This document shows positions 20,098-29,103 of a stretch of 64,000 nucleotides of DNA, piece after piece; position 1 is the stretch's first letter; each line of letters opens with the position of its first letter. The notes below the pieces were generated by a model. That model was not told the DNA's origin, did no database searches, and saw only the letters and a list, made by a program, of their open reading frames with translations. The DNA lies in the NCBI GenBank assembly GCA_934130405.1, contig CAKOXX010000004.1, positions 14,153 through 78,152 of the forward strand, read 5' to 3'. Both the position numbers and the translations under genes were made by a program. This stretch comes from an uncultured Bacilli bacterium (GTDB lineage: Bacteria; Bacillota_I; Bacilli_A; RF39; UBA660).

Positions 20098-21843
20098 ATG
20101 AGTTTAATTAAACAAATCGAAGGAGACTTAACAAAAAAAATGAATGAAGCAGCTATTCCAATAGAAAGAGTAATTCTATTAGAAAGTAAACGAAAAGATT
20201 TAGGTGATTATCAGTTAAATGATGCAATGAGTCTTGCTAAAATTTTACATAAGAGTCCAATGCTTATTGCTGAAGATATGAAGCGCATTTTAGAAGAAAG
20301 TGGTTATTTTGATAACGTTACAATTGCTTCTATTGGTTTTATTAATGTTTCTTTAAAAAAAGAGATATTAGTAAATTTTGTTAATAATTATTATAATAAT
20401 AGCGATAAAGATGTTGATTTATTGGAAAAGAAAAAAATCTTTCTAGATTATGGTGGTGCTAATATAGCAAAAACCCTTCACGTTGGTCATTTGAGAAGTG
20501 CTAATATTGGAGAAGCCTTAAAAAGACTAACAAAAAGATTAGGTCAAGAAGTAATTTGCGATGTTCATTTTGGAGATATAGGTAGACAATCAGGAATGGT
20601 TATTTATGAAATTAGAAATAGATATCCAAATCTTAACTATTTTACTGAGGAAGAAAGTAATAATTGGGATGAATTACCAATAACAGCTAAAGACTTAGAA
20701 GAAATATATCCAGTAGCAAGTCTTAAAGCTAAAGAAGACGAAAGCATAATGGAAGAGGTAAGACTTATTACAAAAGAACTAGAAGAAGGAAAACCTAATT
20801 ATGTTGCTTTATGGGATAAGATTAAGAAAATATCGATTGAAGACATTAAAGGAATCTATAAAAAATTTAATACTGACTTTGATTTATGGGAAGGTGAGAG
20901 TGATTGCTATTCCTATATGGGGCCAATGATAGAAAAATTAAGAAATCAAGGCTATTTACAAAAAAGCGAAGGAGCTGAAGTAATCGAAGTTAGAGAAGAT
21001 ACCGATAAGGCACCTATGCCTGACCTTGTAGTTGTTAAAAGTAATGGAGCTACTTTGTATGCCACTCGCGAATTAGCAACAATGGTCTCAAGAGTTGAAC
21101 GTTTTAATCCAGATGAAATGTGGTATTTAACAGATTTAAGACAAGGACTTTATTTTGAACAAGTATTTAGAGCAGCTCATAAGACGAAGATAGTTAGCGA
21201 TGATACAAAATTATCTTTCTTTGGTTTTGGTACGATGAATGGACCAGATGGAAAGCCATTCAAAACAAGAGATGGTGGAGCATTATCTTTAAAAAGCCTT
21301 TTAGCTGAAGTAAAGGAAGAAGTAACAGCTCATTCTCATAATCTAGAAAAAGAGCCAAATAAAGAAGAAATAATTGAACAAATAGCAGTAGCAGCTATTA
21401 AATATGCTGATTTACTATCAAATAGAACAACAGATTATATTTTTGATCCTAAAAAATTTGTAGATGTAGAGGGAAAAACTGGTCCTTATCTTTTATATAC
21501 TACTATTAGAATGAAATCTTTATTAAAAAAAGCAAAAGAAAATAATTTAAACTATGAAAAATATACTTCTATAACGGATGAAGTAGAAAAAGAATTGATA
21601 ACTTTATTATTAAATAAAAATAAAATTTTACATAAAGCATATGATACAAAAGAGTTAAATGTAATATCAGATTATTTATATCAATTAACTAGCACTTATA
21701 GCAAATTCTATGAAAAGTGTCATGTTTTAACAGAAAATAATAAAAATATTCAAGAAAACTGGTTACTTTTAACAAAAAATGTATATGATACAAATGTAGA
21801 ACTATTATCAATTTTAGGAATTGAAATACCTGAAAAAATGTAA
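20098..21843 (+). CDS. argS: Arginine--tRNA ligase
   Basis: HIGH-type motif LHVGHLRS and the overall ArgRS layout, with a C-terminal anticodon-binding domain. Confidence 0.93.
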   Translation: MSLIKQIEGDLTKKMNEAAIPIERVILLESKRKDLGDYQLNDAMSLAKILHKSPMLIAEDMKRILEESGYFDNVTIASIGFINVSLKKEILVNFVNNYYNNSDKDVDLLEKKKIFLDYGGANIAKTLHVGHLRSANIGEALKRLTKRLGQEVICDVHFGDIGRQSGMVIYEIRNRYPNLNYFTEEESNNWDELPITAKDLEEIYPVASLKAKEDESIMEEVRLITKELEEGKPNYVALWDKIKKISIEDIKGIYKKFNTDFDLWEGESDCYSYMGPMIEKLRNQGYLQKSEGAEVIEVREDTDKAPMPDLVVVKSNGATLYATRELATMVSRVERFNPDEMWYLTDLRQGLYFEQVFRAAHKTKIVSDDTKLSFFGFGTMNGPDGKPFKTRDGGALSLKSLLAEVKEEVTAHSHNLEKEPNKEEIIEQIAVAAIKYADLLSNRTTDYIFDPKKFVDVEGKTGPYLLYTTIRMKSLLKKAKENNLNYEKYTSITDEVEKELITLLLNKNKILHKAYDTKELNVISDYLYQLTSTYSKFYEKCHVLTENNKNIQENWLLLTKNVYDTNVELLSILGIEIPEKM

Positions 21844-21954
21844 ACAGTATAAAAAAGTATTGCATTTACATATAAAAGATGATATAAGTTTATATGACTT
21901 GATTAAGAAACAAGTATTCATTTTGAAATATACTTTAATATGGGAGGAAATAAA

Positions 21955-22404
21955 ATGAAGTTATCAAAAATGAAAAAAGAGGAATTAGAATTATTATCAA
22001 ATAAGGATATTACATTTTATCTTTTAGAAGAACAAGGAAAACAAAATACTGCAGAACTTTTCAAGAGCATTATAACTTTATTAGAACTTCCAAGTAGTAC
22101 TTTTGAAGAAAAAATTGGGGATTATTATACATCACTTACCACTGATAAACGTTTTATAATGTTAGAAGATGGTTGTTGGGATTTAAGAAGTCGTCATACA
22201 TCTGACAAAATTGCTAAAATGGACGATGAAGATGAGGAAGATGAAGAAGAAACAGAAGATACAAAAGACGATATGTTATCAGATGAATTAGAAGAAGATA
22301 ATTATGATTCTGGTGATGTTGATGATGATGACGACTATGTTGACCCTAATGAAGATTTAAAAGACTTAGTTGTTGTAGATGAAGAAGAACTAGAGAATGA
22401 ATAG
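21955..22404 (+). CDS. rpoE: DNA-directed RNA polymerase delta subunit
   Basis: HARE-HTH-like N-terminal domain and a strongly acidic D/E C-terminal tail. ATG follows GGGAGG. Confidence 0.85.
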   Translation: MKLSKMKKEELELLSNKDITFYLLEEQGKQNTAELFKSIITLLELPSSTFEEKIGDYYTSLTTDKRFIMLEDGCWDLRSRHTSDKIAKMDDEDEEDEEETEDTKDDMLSDELEEDNYDSGDVDDDDDYVDPNEDLKDLVVVDEEELENE

Positions 22405-22482
22405 TTCTTTTTATGTATAATATTTGCAAGGAATATTCGAGCTATGATATAATTAGCTAGACAAAGAAAGGACTTGGTTTAG

Positions 22483-23544
22483 ATGATAGAAAGATTAGAA
22501 GCTACTCTTACAAAGTACAATCAGTTACAAACCGAATTAATGAGTGAAGATGTACTAAAAAATATTAATAAAACAAGAGAAATATCTAAAGAAATAGCAG
22601 ATTTAGAAGAAGTAGTAAATGAATATAAAAGATATAAAAAAGTATTAGAGTCTATTGAAGATACTAAAGAAATGTTAAGTGATGAAGAATTAAAAGAAAT
22701 AGCTAAGGAAGAATTAAAAACTCTGGAAGAAGAAAAAGAAAGTATTGAGAAAGAGTTAGAAATATTATTGATACCAAAAGATCCTAATGATTCTAAGAAC
22801 GTAATTATGGAAATAAGAGGAGCAGCTGGTGGAGATGAAGCTAATATTTTTGCTGGTGATCTTTTCAGAATGTATTCAAGATATGCTGAAAAAATCGGAC
22901 TTAAAACAGAAATAATTAATGCCGTAGAAGGAACAGCTGGTGGTTTTAGTCAAATAGAAGTTATGATAAAAGGACAAGGAGCTTATTCAAAACTTAAATA
23001 TGAAAGTGGTTCACATAGAGTACAAAGAGTTCCAGTAACAGAAAGCAATGGAAGAATTCAAACATCAACTGCCACTGTTCTAGTAATGCCTGAAGCTGAA
23101 GATGTTAACATAACTATTGATCCAAAAGATTTAAGAATAGACATATTTAGATCATCAGGGTGTGGTGGACAAGGAGTAAATACAACTGATAGTGCTGTTA
23201 GAATTACTCATTTACCAACAAATACAGTTGTAACTTGTCAGAACGAAAGAAGTCAAATTCAAAATAAAGAACAAGCAATGAAAGTACTTAAAGCAAGACT
23301 TTATGATTTGGAACAACAAAAACATGACCAAGAATTAGGAAGCGAACGAAGAAGTAAAATAGGTACAGGTGATAGAGCAGAGAAAATAAGAACCTATAAC
23401 TATCCACAAAATAGAGTTACAGATCATCGTATTGGTTTTACTACTAATAATTTAGATAGAGTGATGAATGGTCAACTCGATGAAATAATTGATGCTTTAA
23501 CGATGGAAGATCAAAGAAGAAAATTAGCTGGTGAAGAAGAATAA
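22483..23544 (+). CDS. prfA: Peptide chain release factor 1
   Basis: PVT tripeptide (RF1 type) and a GGQ motif (SGCGGQGVNTTDSAVRITHLPT). Confidence 0.96.
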   Translation: MIERLEATLTKYNQLQTELMSEDVLKNINKTREISKEIADLEEVVNEYKRYKKVLESIEDTKEMLSDEELKEIAKEELKTLEEEKESIEKELEILLIPKDPNDSKNVIMEIRGAAGGDEANIFAGDLFRMYSRYAEKIGLKTEIINAVEGTAGGFSQIEVMIKGQGAYSKLKYESGSHRVQRVPVTESNGRIQTSTATVLVMPEAEDVNITIDPKDLRIDIFRSSGCGGQGVNTTDSAVRITHLPTNTVVTCQNERSQIQNKEQAMKVLKARLYDLEQQKHDQELGSERRSKIGTGDRAEKIRTYNYPQNRVTDHRIGFTTNNLDRVMNGQLDEIIDALTMEDQRRKLAGEEE

Positions 23545-24362
23545 TGACTGTTGAAGAATTAATAGTTTATGGAAAAAGTAAAACAAGTAGTGATCATGCT
23601 AAAATGCTACTTGCTTCTTTTTTAGAAGTAAATCCTTTAGAATTACTAACTATATTAGATAAAAAAGTAGATGAAAACATAGAAAAAACATATAAAGATT
23701 CGCTAGAAGCATTAAGAGAAAACAAACCAATTCAGTATGTAATTGGAAATGTTAATTTCTATGGTTCTAGATTTATTGTAAATAATAATGTCTTGATACC
23801 ACGTTTTGAAACTGAAGAATTAGTAGAACAAGTAGTTGAATACTCAAAGAAGTTTAATAAAGATAAATTGAAAATACTAGATTTAGGCTGTGGTAGTGGA
23901 GCTATTGGTCTTACTCTAAAAAAGTTAATAAAAAATAGTGATGTTACTTTAGTTGATATTTCTAAAGAGGCATTAGAAGTAGCTAAACAAAATGCTGTTA
24001 ACTTAGACCTAGATGTAACTTTTATAGAAAGTGATTGGTTTTCTAATTTAGAAATTACTAAATATGATATAATCGTTTCTAATCCCCCTTACATCAAAAA
24101 TGATGAACAAATAGAAGAAATTGTAAAAAATAATGAACCAGCCTTAGCTTTATACGGTGGTCAAGATGGACTTGACTGTTATAAAAAGATATTGTTTAGT
24201 ATTAAATCTTATTTAAATGATGAGTATTTAATTGCTTTCGAAATTGGAGAAAGTCAAAAAGAAGAAATCACTAATCTTGTAATTAATTCTCTTCCAACAG
24301 CTATAGTTACTTGTAAAAAAGATTTGTATGGTCGAAATAGAATGATATTTGTTAGAAATTAA
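23544..24362 (+). CDS. prmC: Release factor glutamine N5-methyltransferase PrmC (HemK)
   Basis: LDLGCGSGAIG SAM motif and NPPY motif. Coupled to prfA. Confidence 0.9.
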   Translation: MTVEELIVYGKSKTSSDHAKMLLASFLEVNPLELLTILDKKVDENIEKTYKDSLEALRENKPIQYVIGNVNFYGSRFIVNNNVLIPRFETEELVEQVVEYSKKFNKDKLKILDLGCGSGAIGLTLKKLIKNSDVTLVDISKEALEVAKQNAVNLDLDVTFIESDWFSNLEITKYDIIVSNPPYIKNDEQIEEIVKNNEPALALYGGQDGLDCYKKILFSIKSYLNDEYLIAFEIGESQKEEITNLVINSLPTAIVTCKKDLYGRNRMIFVRN

Positions 24363-24417
24363 ATTAAATAAAAATAAATAAATCACCAATAATATTAATA
24401 AGAAAGGTGATTTTTTT

Positions 24418-24939
24418 ATGAAGAAAATTCTAATTCTTATAAGTTTAATTATTATTAGTTTATCGAGTTATAAAAGCTTTAATGAAGAAATTGTAATTCC
24501 AGATGAAGCGATAAGATTTAGAGTTGTTGCTAAATCTAATGATGAAAAAGATCAAGAAATAAAACTCAAAGTAAAAGATAATTTACAGAAGAAATTAAAT
24601 GATTTACTAAAAAATAGTAGTTCTATAGAAGAAACTAGAAAGTTATTAAAAGCTAATCAAAATGAATTTTCTTTAATTGTTAAAAATACATTATTAGTTA
24701 ATAAAGATGATGATATGTATAAAGTAAAATATGGTTTAAATTATTTTCCTGAAAAGAAATACAAAGGAATAATTTATAAAGAAGGATATTATGAATCATT
24801 AGTAGTAACAATAGGAGAAGGACAAGGTGAAAATTGGTGGTGTGTTTTATTCCCTCCATTTTGTTTGTTAGATGAAGAAAATAAAACAGAAGTAGAATAT
24901 CATTTTTATATAAAAGATATGTTGGAAAAATACTTCTAA
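24418..24939 (+). CDS. spoIIR: Stage II sporulation protein R (SpoIIR)-like
   Basis: Signal/anchor sequence, IPDEAIRFRVVAKSNDEKDQEIKLKV and GEGQGENWWCVLFPPFC match SpoIIR signatures. Syntenic with prfA-prmC-spoIIR. Confidence 0.78.
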   Translation: MKKILILISLIIISLSSYKSFNEEIVIPDEAIRFRVVAKSNDEKDQEIKLKVKDNLQKKLNDLLKNSSSIEETRKLLKANQNEFSLIVKNTLLVNKDDDMYKVKYGLNYFPEKKYKGIIYKEGYYESLVVTIGEGQGENWWCVLFPPFCLLDEENKTEVEYHFYIKDMLEKYF

Positions 24940-24978
24940 TAACTATACTTCCTACATAAATTCTAAGTAGGAGGCACT

Positions 24979-25521
24979 ATGAATTTAGGACAATTAATAA
25001 TTATTTCGATTAGTTTGAGTATGGATGCTTTCTCTTTAGCAATTATCTATGGAACGGTTGGACTTGAGAAAAAAATGACTAACTTATTAAGTTTGATGGT
25101 AGGTACATTTCATTTTTTTATGCCAATTCTTGGAAGTGTAGTAGGTATTTTTCTTTTAGAATCATTTATTCCTAATCCGGATTTATTAATTGGAATAATA
25201 TTTACGATACTAGCGTGTGAAATGCTTTTTGGTATTAAAGACTTAAATAATAATAAAACTAGTATTACAGGAATTTATCAAGCATTATTGTTTGCTTTTA
25301 GTGTTAGTATTGATAGTTTTTCAATGGGGATAGGTCTTGGACTTCATGAAGAAAATATTATCTTATGTGGATTATTATTTTCTATATTTAGTTTTTTGTT
25401 TACGAAATTAGGTTTAGATTTTGGGCGTAAACTAACAATTAAATTTGGGAAAATTGCTAATATTGTAGGAAGTATTATTCTTTTAATCTTAGGAATAAAA
25501 TATTTAATTTTTAATGTATAA
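24979..25521 (+). CDS. mntP: Manganese efflux pump MntP (YwlD family)
   Basis: Six TM helices with a duplicated SxDAF/SIDSF motif (SMDAFSLA, SIDSFSMG). Confidence 0.82.
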   Translation: MNLGQLIIISISLSMDAFSLAIIYGTVGLEKKMTNLLSLMVGTFHFFMPILGSVVGIFLLESFIPNPDLLIGIIFTILACEMLFGIKDLNNNKTSITGIYQALLFAFSVSIDSFSMGIGLGLHEENIILCGLLFSIFSFLFTKLGLDFGRKLTIKFGKIANIVGSIILLILGIKYLIFNV

Positions 25522-25560
25522 ATTTTTTAGATATTGCTAATAGTATTAAGGGAGGCAAAT

Positions 25561-25716
25561 ATGAAAAATCAAAATAAAAATAATAAACAAAGAGAAACAG
25601 GAAAAATAAAAAATTGTCCTAGTGCAAAAGAAGTAAATAAAAAAGAAATGTTTTCTCTTCAAGATGATTGTCCTAAAGATAATATTGAAAATCAAGAAGA
25701 AAATCAAAAAAATTAA
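25561..25716 (+). CDS. Small hydrophilic protein of unknown function (51 aa)
   Basis: AGGGAGG ribosome-binding site 7 nt upstream of the ATG, and its own terminator directly downstream. N/K/E/Q-rich with no hydrophobic segment. Confidence 0.45.
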   Translation: MKNQNKNNKQRETGKIKNCPSAKEVNKKEMFSLQDDCPKDNIENQEENQKN

Positions 25717-25718
25717 AG

Positions 25719-25747
25719 GAAATTCAGCATTTGAATTTCTTTTTTTT
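25719..25747 (+). terminator. Rho-independent terminator after the small ORF
   Basis: GAAATTCA-gcatt-TGAATTTC followed by T8. Confidence 0.75.
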
Positions 25748-25774
25748 GACAAAAGCTCTATTTTTCTTTATTAT
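25746..25774 (+). promoter_or_regulatory. Sigma-A-type promoter of murA
   Basis: TTGACA, 17 nt, TATTAT. Leaves a ~100-nt leader before the murA ATG. Confidence 0.6.
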
Positions 25775-25873
25775 ATAGATGTAAGAATTATCTTTGGAGT
25801 CATTTTGATTTTCTTGATAGGTAGCAACAAAATAAAAAATAGTAATATAATATAGCGAAAGAGAGTAAGATAT

Positions 25874-27127
25874 ATGAAGTTATTAGAGATTAATGGTGGA
25901 AAAAAATTAACTGGTACCATCAGAGTTAGTGGAGCAAAAAATAGTGCTGTAGCATTAATACCAGCAGCAATTTTATCAGATGAAGAAGTAACAATTTGTA
26001 ATGTCCCAGATATTACTGATACAGAAGCATTATGTGAAATATTGTCATTTTTAGGAGCAAGAGTTAAAAGAGCAAGTGAAACTATTGTAATAGATTCTAA
26101 AGAAATAGAAAACAAAGAAATACCTGCCACTCTTGCAAAAAAACTTCGTGCATCATATTATTTTATGGGTGCATTATTAGGTAAATATAAAAAAGTTACT
26201 ATGTCATTACCAGGCGGATGTTCTATTGGAGCAAGACCAATTAATTTGCATTTAAAAGGTTTTGAAGCTTTAGGAGCAAAAGTAACAAATAAAGATAATT
26301 GTTATATTGTAGAAGCTGATGAATTAAAAGGAAATAATATTTACTTGGATTTTGCTAGTGTTGGAGCAACTATTAATATAATGTTAGCAGCAGTAAAAGC
26401 GAAGGGAAAAACAATTATAGATAATGCTGCTAAAGAACCAGAAATCGTAAATGTTGCAACTTTATTAAACAATATGGGTGCAAAAATAAGAGGAGCAGGA
26501 ACTTCAAGTATTGAAATTGAAGGAGTTGACTATCTAGGAAAATGCTTTCATGAGGTAATACCAGATAGAATTGAAGCAGGAACTTACGTAATCTTAGGAG
26601 CAGCCGTTGGCGAAAACTTGAAAGTAGATAATATTATTCCTGAACATATTGAATCATTAACTAGTAAATTAGAGGAAATGGGTGCTTTTTTAGATATAGG
26701 TTCAGACTATATTATTGTTAGTAGACAAGATAATTATAAATCGATTCATGTAAAGACCCAGACATATCCTGGTTTTCCTACTGATTTACAACAACCACTT
26801 ACTCCATTATTAACAGCTTGTAAAGGACAAAGTAAGATAGAAGAAACTATCTATGAAAATAGATTTATGCATATACCTTATTTAAATTCTATGGGTGCAG
26901 ATATAAGAGTTAAAAATCAAACTTCTACCATTGTTGGTCCTACTAAATTAGTTGGTTGCGATGTAGTAGCAACTGATTTAAGAGCAGGTGCATCCTTAGT
27001 AATAGCTGGTTTGATGGCTGAAGGTACTACAAAGATAACAAATGTTGAACACATTCTAAGAGGATATGAAAATATCGTAGAAAAATTAACTAATGTTGGT
27101 GCTAAAGTAGAAATTAGAGAAATATAA
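25874..27127 (+). CDS. murA: UDP-N-acetylglucosamine 1-carboxyvinyltransferase
   Basis: GAKNSAV N-terminal motif. Active-site loop LPGGCSIGARPINLH has the catalytic Cys present. Confidence 0.96.
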   Translation: MKLLEINGGKKLTGTIRVSGAKNSAVALIPAAILSDEEVTICNVPDITDTEALCEILSFLGARVKRASETIVIDSKEIENKEIPATLAKKLRASYYFMGALLGKYKKVTMSLPGGCSIGARPINLHLKGFEALGAKVTNKDNCYIVEADELKGNNIYLDFASVGATINIMLAAVKAKGKTIIDNAAKEPEIVNVATLLNNMGAKIRGAGTSSIEIEGVDYLGKCFHEVIPDRIEAGTYVILGAAVGENLKVDNIIPEHIESLTSKLEEMGAFLDIGSDYIIVSRQDNYKSIHVKTQTYPGFPTDLQQPLTPLLTACKGQSKIEETIYENRFMHIPYLNSMGADIRVKNQTSTIVGPTKLVGCDVVATDLRAGASLVIAGLMAEGTTKITNVEHILRGYENIVEKLTNVGAKVEIREI

Positions 27128-27159
27128 TATTATGACTCTAATTTTTTTAGGTGATAAAA

Positions 27160-27909
27160 ATGAAACACAAGAAATTAATAGTTTTTATACTATTACTTCT
27201 AATAATTTATTTTATTTATATTACATTTCATGATGATAAAATTAATTACTTATCAATTGGTGATTTTTTATCAGTAGGAGTTAATGCTTACAATGAAAAA
27301 AGCTATGGTTATAGTGATTACATAGCTAATTATTTAAAGGAAAAAGACTTATTAAAAAATTATAGCAAGGATTTTGCAAATGCTGATTTTCGAATATCTG
27401 ATTTACAGCACCAGTTAGATATGAATCAAGTCATTAATAAACAAAATAAGTCATTATCTTTCAAAAAATGTTTAAGAGAAGCAGATTTAGTAACAATATC
27501 AATAGGTGCAAATGATTTGTTGACAGAAATTAATATGTCAACAAGTGATATAGAAGTAATAGAAGAAGATAAAATATTAGAAATATTTTCTGATAAAATG
27601 TTAGATTTTGAAAAGTTATTAAAAGATATTAGAAAATATAATAATGAAGAAATAATAGTTTTAGGTTATTATAATCCTTATGAATACAAAAAAATAATTC
27701 CAGATAGAATTTTCAATTATTTTGATAATAAAATGAAAAATATTACAGAAAAGTATGATATTAAATTTATTTCCTTATTTCAGTTATTCAAAAATAATGA
27801 AAACTATTTGCCAAATCCTATAAATATTCATCCTTCAACTTTGGGATATGAAGCCATATATAAGCAAATAGTAAAGCAACTTGACCAAAAAACACTTGCC
27901 TTTCACTAA
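27160..27909 (+). CDS. SGNH/GDSL-fold hydrolase-like protein with a non-canonical block I
   Basis: N-terminal TM anchor, block I IGDFLSVG, block III ISIGANDL, block V INIHPS. Confidence 0.62.
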   Translation: MKHKKLIVFILLLLIIYFIYITFHDDKINYLSIGDFLSVGVNAYNEKSYGYSDYIANYLKEKDLLKNYSKDFANADFRISDLQHQLDMNQVINKQNKSLSFKKCLREADLVTISIGANDLLTEINMSTSDIEVIEEDKILEIFSDKMLDFEKLLKDIRKYNNEEIIVLGYYNPYEYKKIIPDRIFNYFDNKMKNITEKYDIKFISLFQLFKNNENYLPNPINIHPSTLGYEAIYKQIVKQLDQKTLAFH

Positions 27910-27983
27910 AAAGTTTGATATATTATTAGCGGTTAGTCAATTACTATGATATTTAATGTATCATGGCGGAAGGAGAGAAGAAA

Positions 27984-28202
27984 ATGAAAAAAGGAATTCA
28001 TCCAGATTATAAGACTTGTAAAGTAACTTGTGCTTGTGGAGAAACATTTGAAGTAAAATCAAATAAAGAAGAACTAAATGTTGAAGTTTGTTCTAAATGT
28101 CATCCTTTCTATACAGGAAAGCAATCACGTGCTTCACGTACAGGTCGTGTTGATAAGTTTAATAAAAAGTATGGTTATAGTCAAGATCAAGAGGAAGCTT
28201 AA
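27984..28202 (+). CDS. rpmE: 50S ribosomal protein L31 (zinc-binding type A)
   Basis: [10 protein letters not shown]-terminus. CxC...CxxC cysteines (CAC, CSKC). Confidence 0.95.
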   Translation: MKKGIHPDYKTCKVTCACGETFEVKSNKEELNVEVCSKCHPFYTGKQSRASRTGRVDKFNKKYGYSQDQEEA

Positions 28203-28250
28203 TTGCTTCTTTTTTCTTGCTATTAAAACTAAAAAATGATATTCTCAATG

Positions 28251-28408
28251 TGTTGATAAAGATATCTTTCTAGAAAAGTATGAACAATTTCTGTGGAAAA
28301 AGTAAAATATACAAGAAAGTTATCAACAAAGCCTGTGGAAAAAAATTTTGCAAGTATTTTGTGATTTTACTTGTGGAAAAAATTTATTAATATAATAGTT
28401 GTGGAAAA
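28251..28408. promoter_or_regulatory. DnaA-box-like cluster: 4 identical TGTGGAAAA plus 2 TGTTGATAA-type 9-mers
   Basis: TGTGGAAAA at 28292, 28334, 28372 and 28400. TGTTGATAA at 28251 and its reverse complement TTATCAACA at 28320. Each is one mismatch from TGTGGATAA/TTATCCACA. Confidence 0.6.
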
Positions 28409-28418
28409 GAGGAAAAAT

Positions 28419-28865
28419 ATGAGAATAGGAATAACATCTGATCATAGAGGATTTAAATTGAAAAATGAATTATTTAAAAAATTAGAAGAAGAATATGACA
28501 TTGTTGATTTTGGAACATTTAGCGAAGAAAGTGTTGATTATCCTGATTATGCTTTTAAATTAGGTGAAGAAGTAGCTACTAAAAATCTTGATTATGGTAT
28601 TGCTATATGTGGAAGTGGAATTGGAATAAGTATAGCTTGCAATAAAGTAAAAGGAGTACGAGCTGCTAGAGTAGTAACATTAGATGATGTTTTTGAAACA
28701 AGAAATGATAATGATGCCAATATAATTTGTCTTAGTGAAAAAAATACTATTGAAAAAGCGTACAATTTAGTTAAAAAATTTATTGAAATACCTTTTTCAA
28801 AAGTAGAAAGACATCAAAGAAGAATAGATAAAATTACAAAATATGAGGAACATAATGAGTGCTAA
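28419..28865 (+). CDS. rpiB: Ribose-5-phosphate isomerase B
   Basis: MRIGI.SDH.GF N-terminus and ICGSGIGISIA.NK motif. The ATG at 28419 follows GAGGAAAA. Confidence 0.9.
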   Translation: MRIGITSDHRGFKLKNELFKKLEEEYDIVDFGTFSEESVDYPDYAFKLGEEVATKNLDYGIAICGSGIGISIACNKVKGVRAARVVTLDDVFETRNDNDANIICLSEKNTIEKAYNLVKKFIEIPFSKVERHQRRIDKITKYEEHNEC

Positions 28866-29052
28866 GTATTTTATTTATATATTAGTAGCAATACTAGTGA
28901 TTTGGTCTTTTGATTCTTTAAATATAAACTCCTTCTTTAAAAAAAATAAAGTATTACAAGCAAGAGTAATGTATTTTTTATTAGCATTATCAATTATATA
29001 CTTAGTTACTAATTTTATTTGGGATTTCTTTAATGCTTCAAAAATTTTTTAA
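28855..29052 (+). CDS. DUF1146 (YwzB-like) small membrane protein
   Basis: Two TM helices, 65 aa. GAGGAA ribosome-binding site. Overlaps the rpiB stop. Confidence 0.5.
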   Translation: MSAKYFIYILVAILVIWSFDSLNINSFFKKNKVLQARVMYFLLALSIIYLVTNFIWDFFNASKIF

Positions 29053-29103
29053 AAAATAGTATAATTTTCATCTTTTCGGTAAAACTTTAAATGAGGTGAA
29101 AAT

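Noticed and set aside
22200-22404. GAT/GAA-rich repetitive DNA
   Set aside because: It is explained by the acidic C-terminal tail that is normal for the RNA polymerase delta subunit.
24940-24978. Expected a yybP-ykoY manganese riboswitch upstream of mntP
   Set aside because: Only 39 nt separate spoIIR from mntP. That is too short for the riboswitch, and no conserved elements are seen.
25771-26130. 119-aa minus-strand ORF overlapping the murA start
   Set aside because: It is antisense to a strongly supported murA and has a low-complexity hydrophobic translation. It has no RBS, and part of it lies over the murA promoter and leader. This is a typical shadow ORF in AT-rich DNA.
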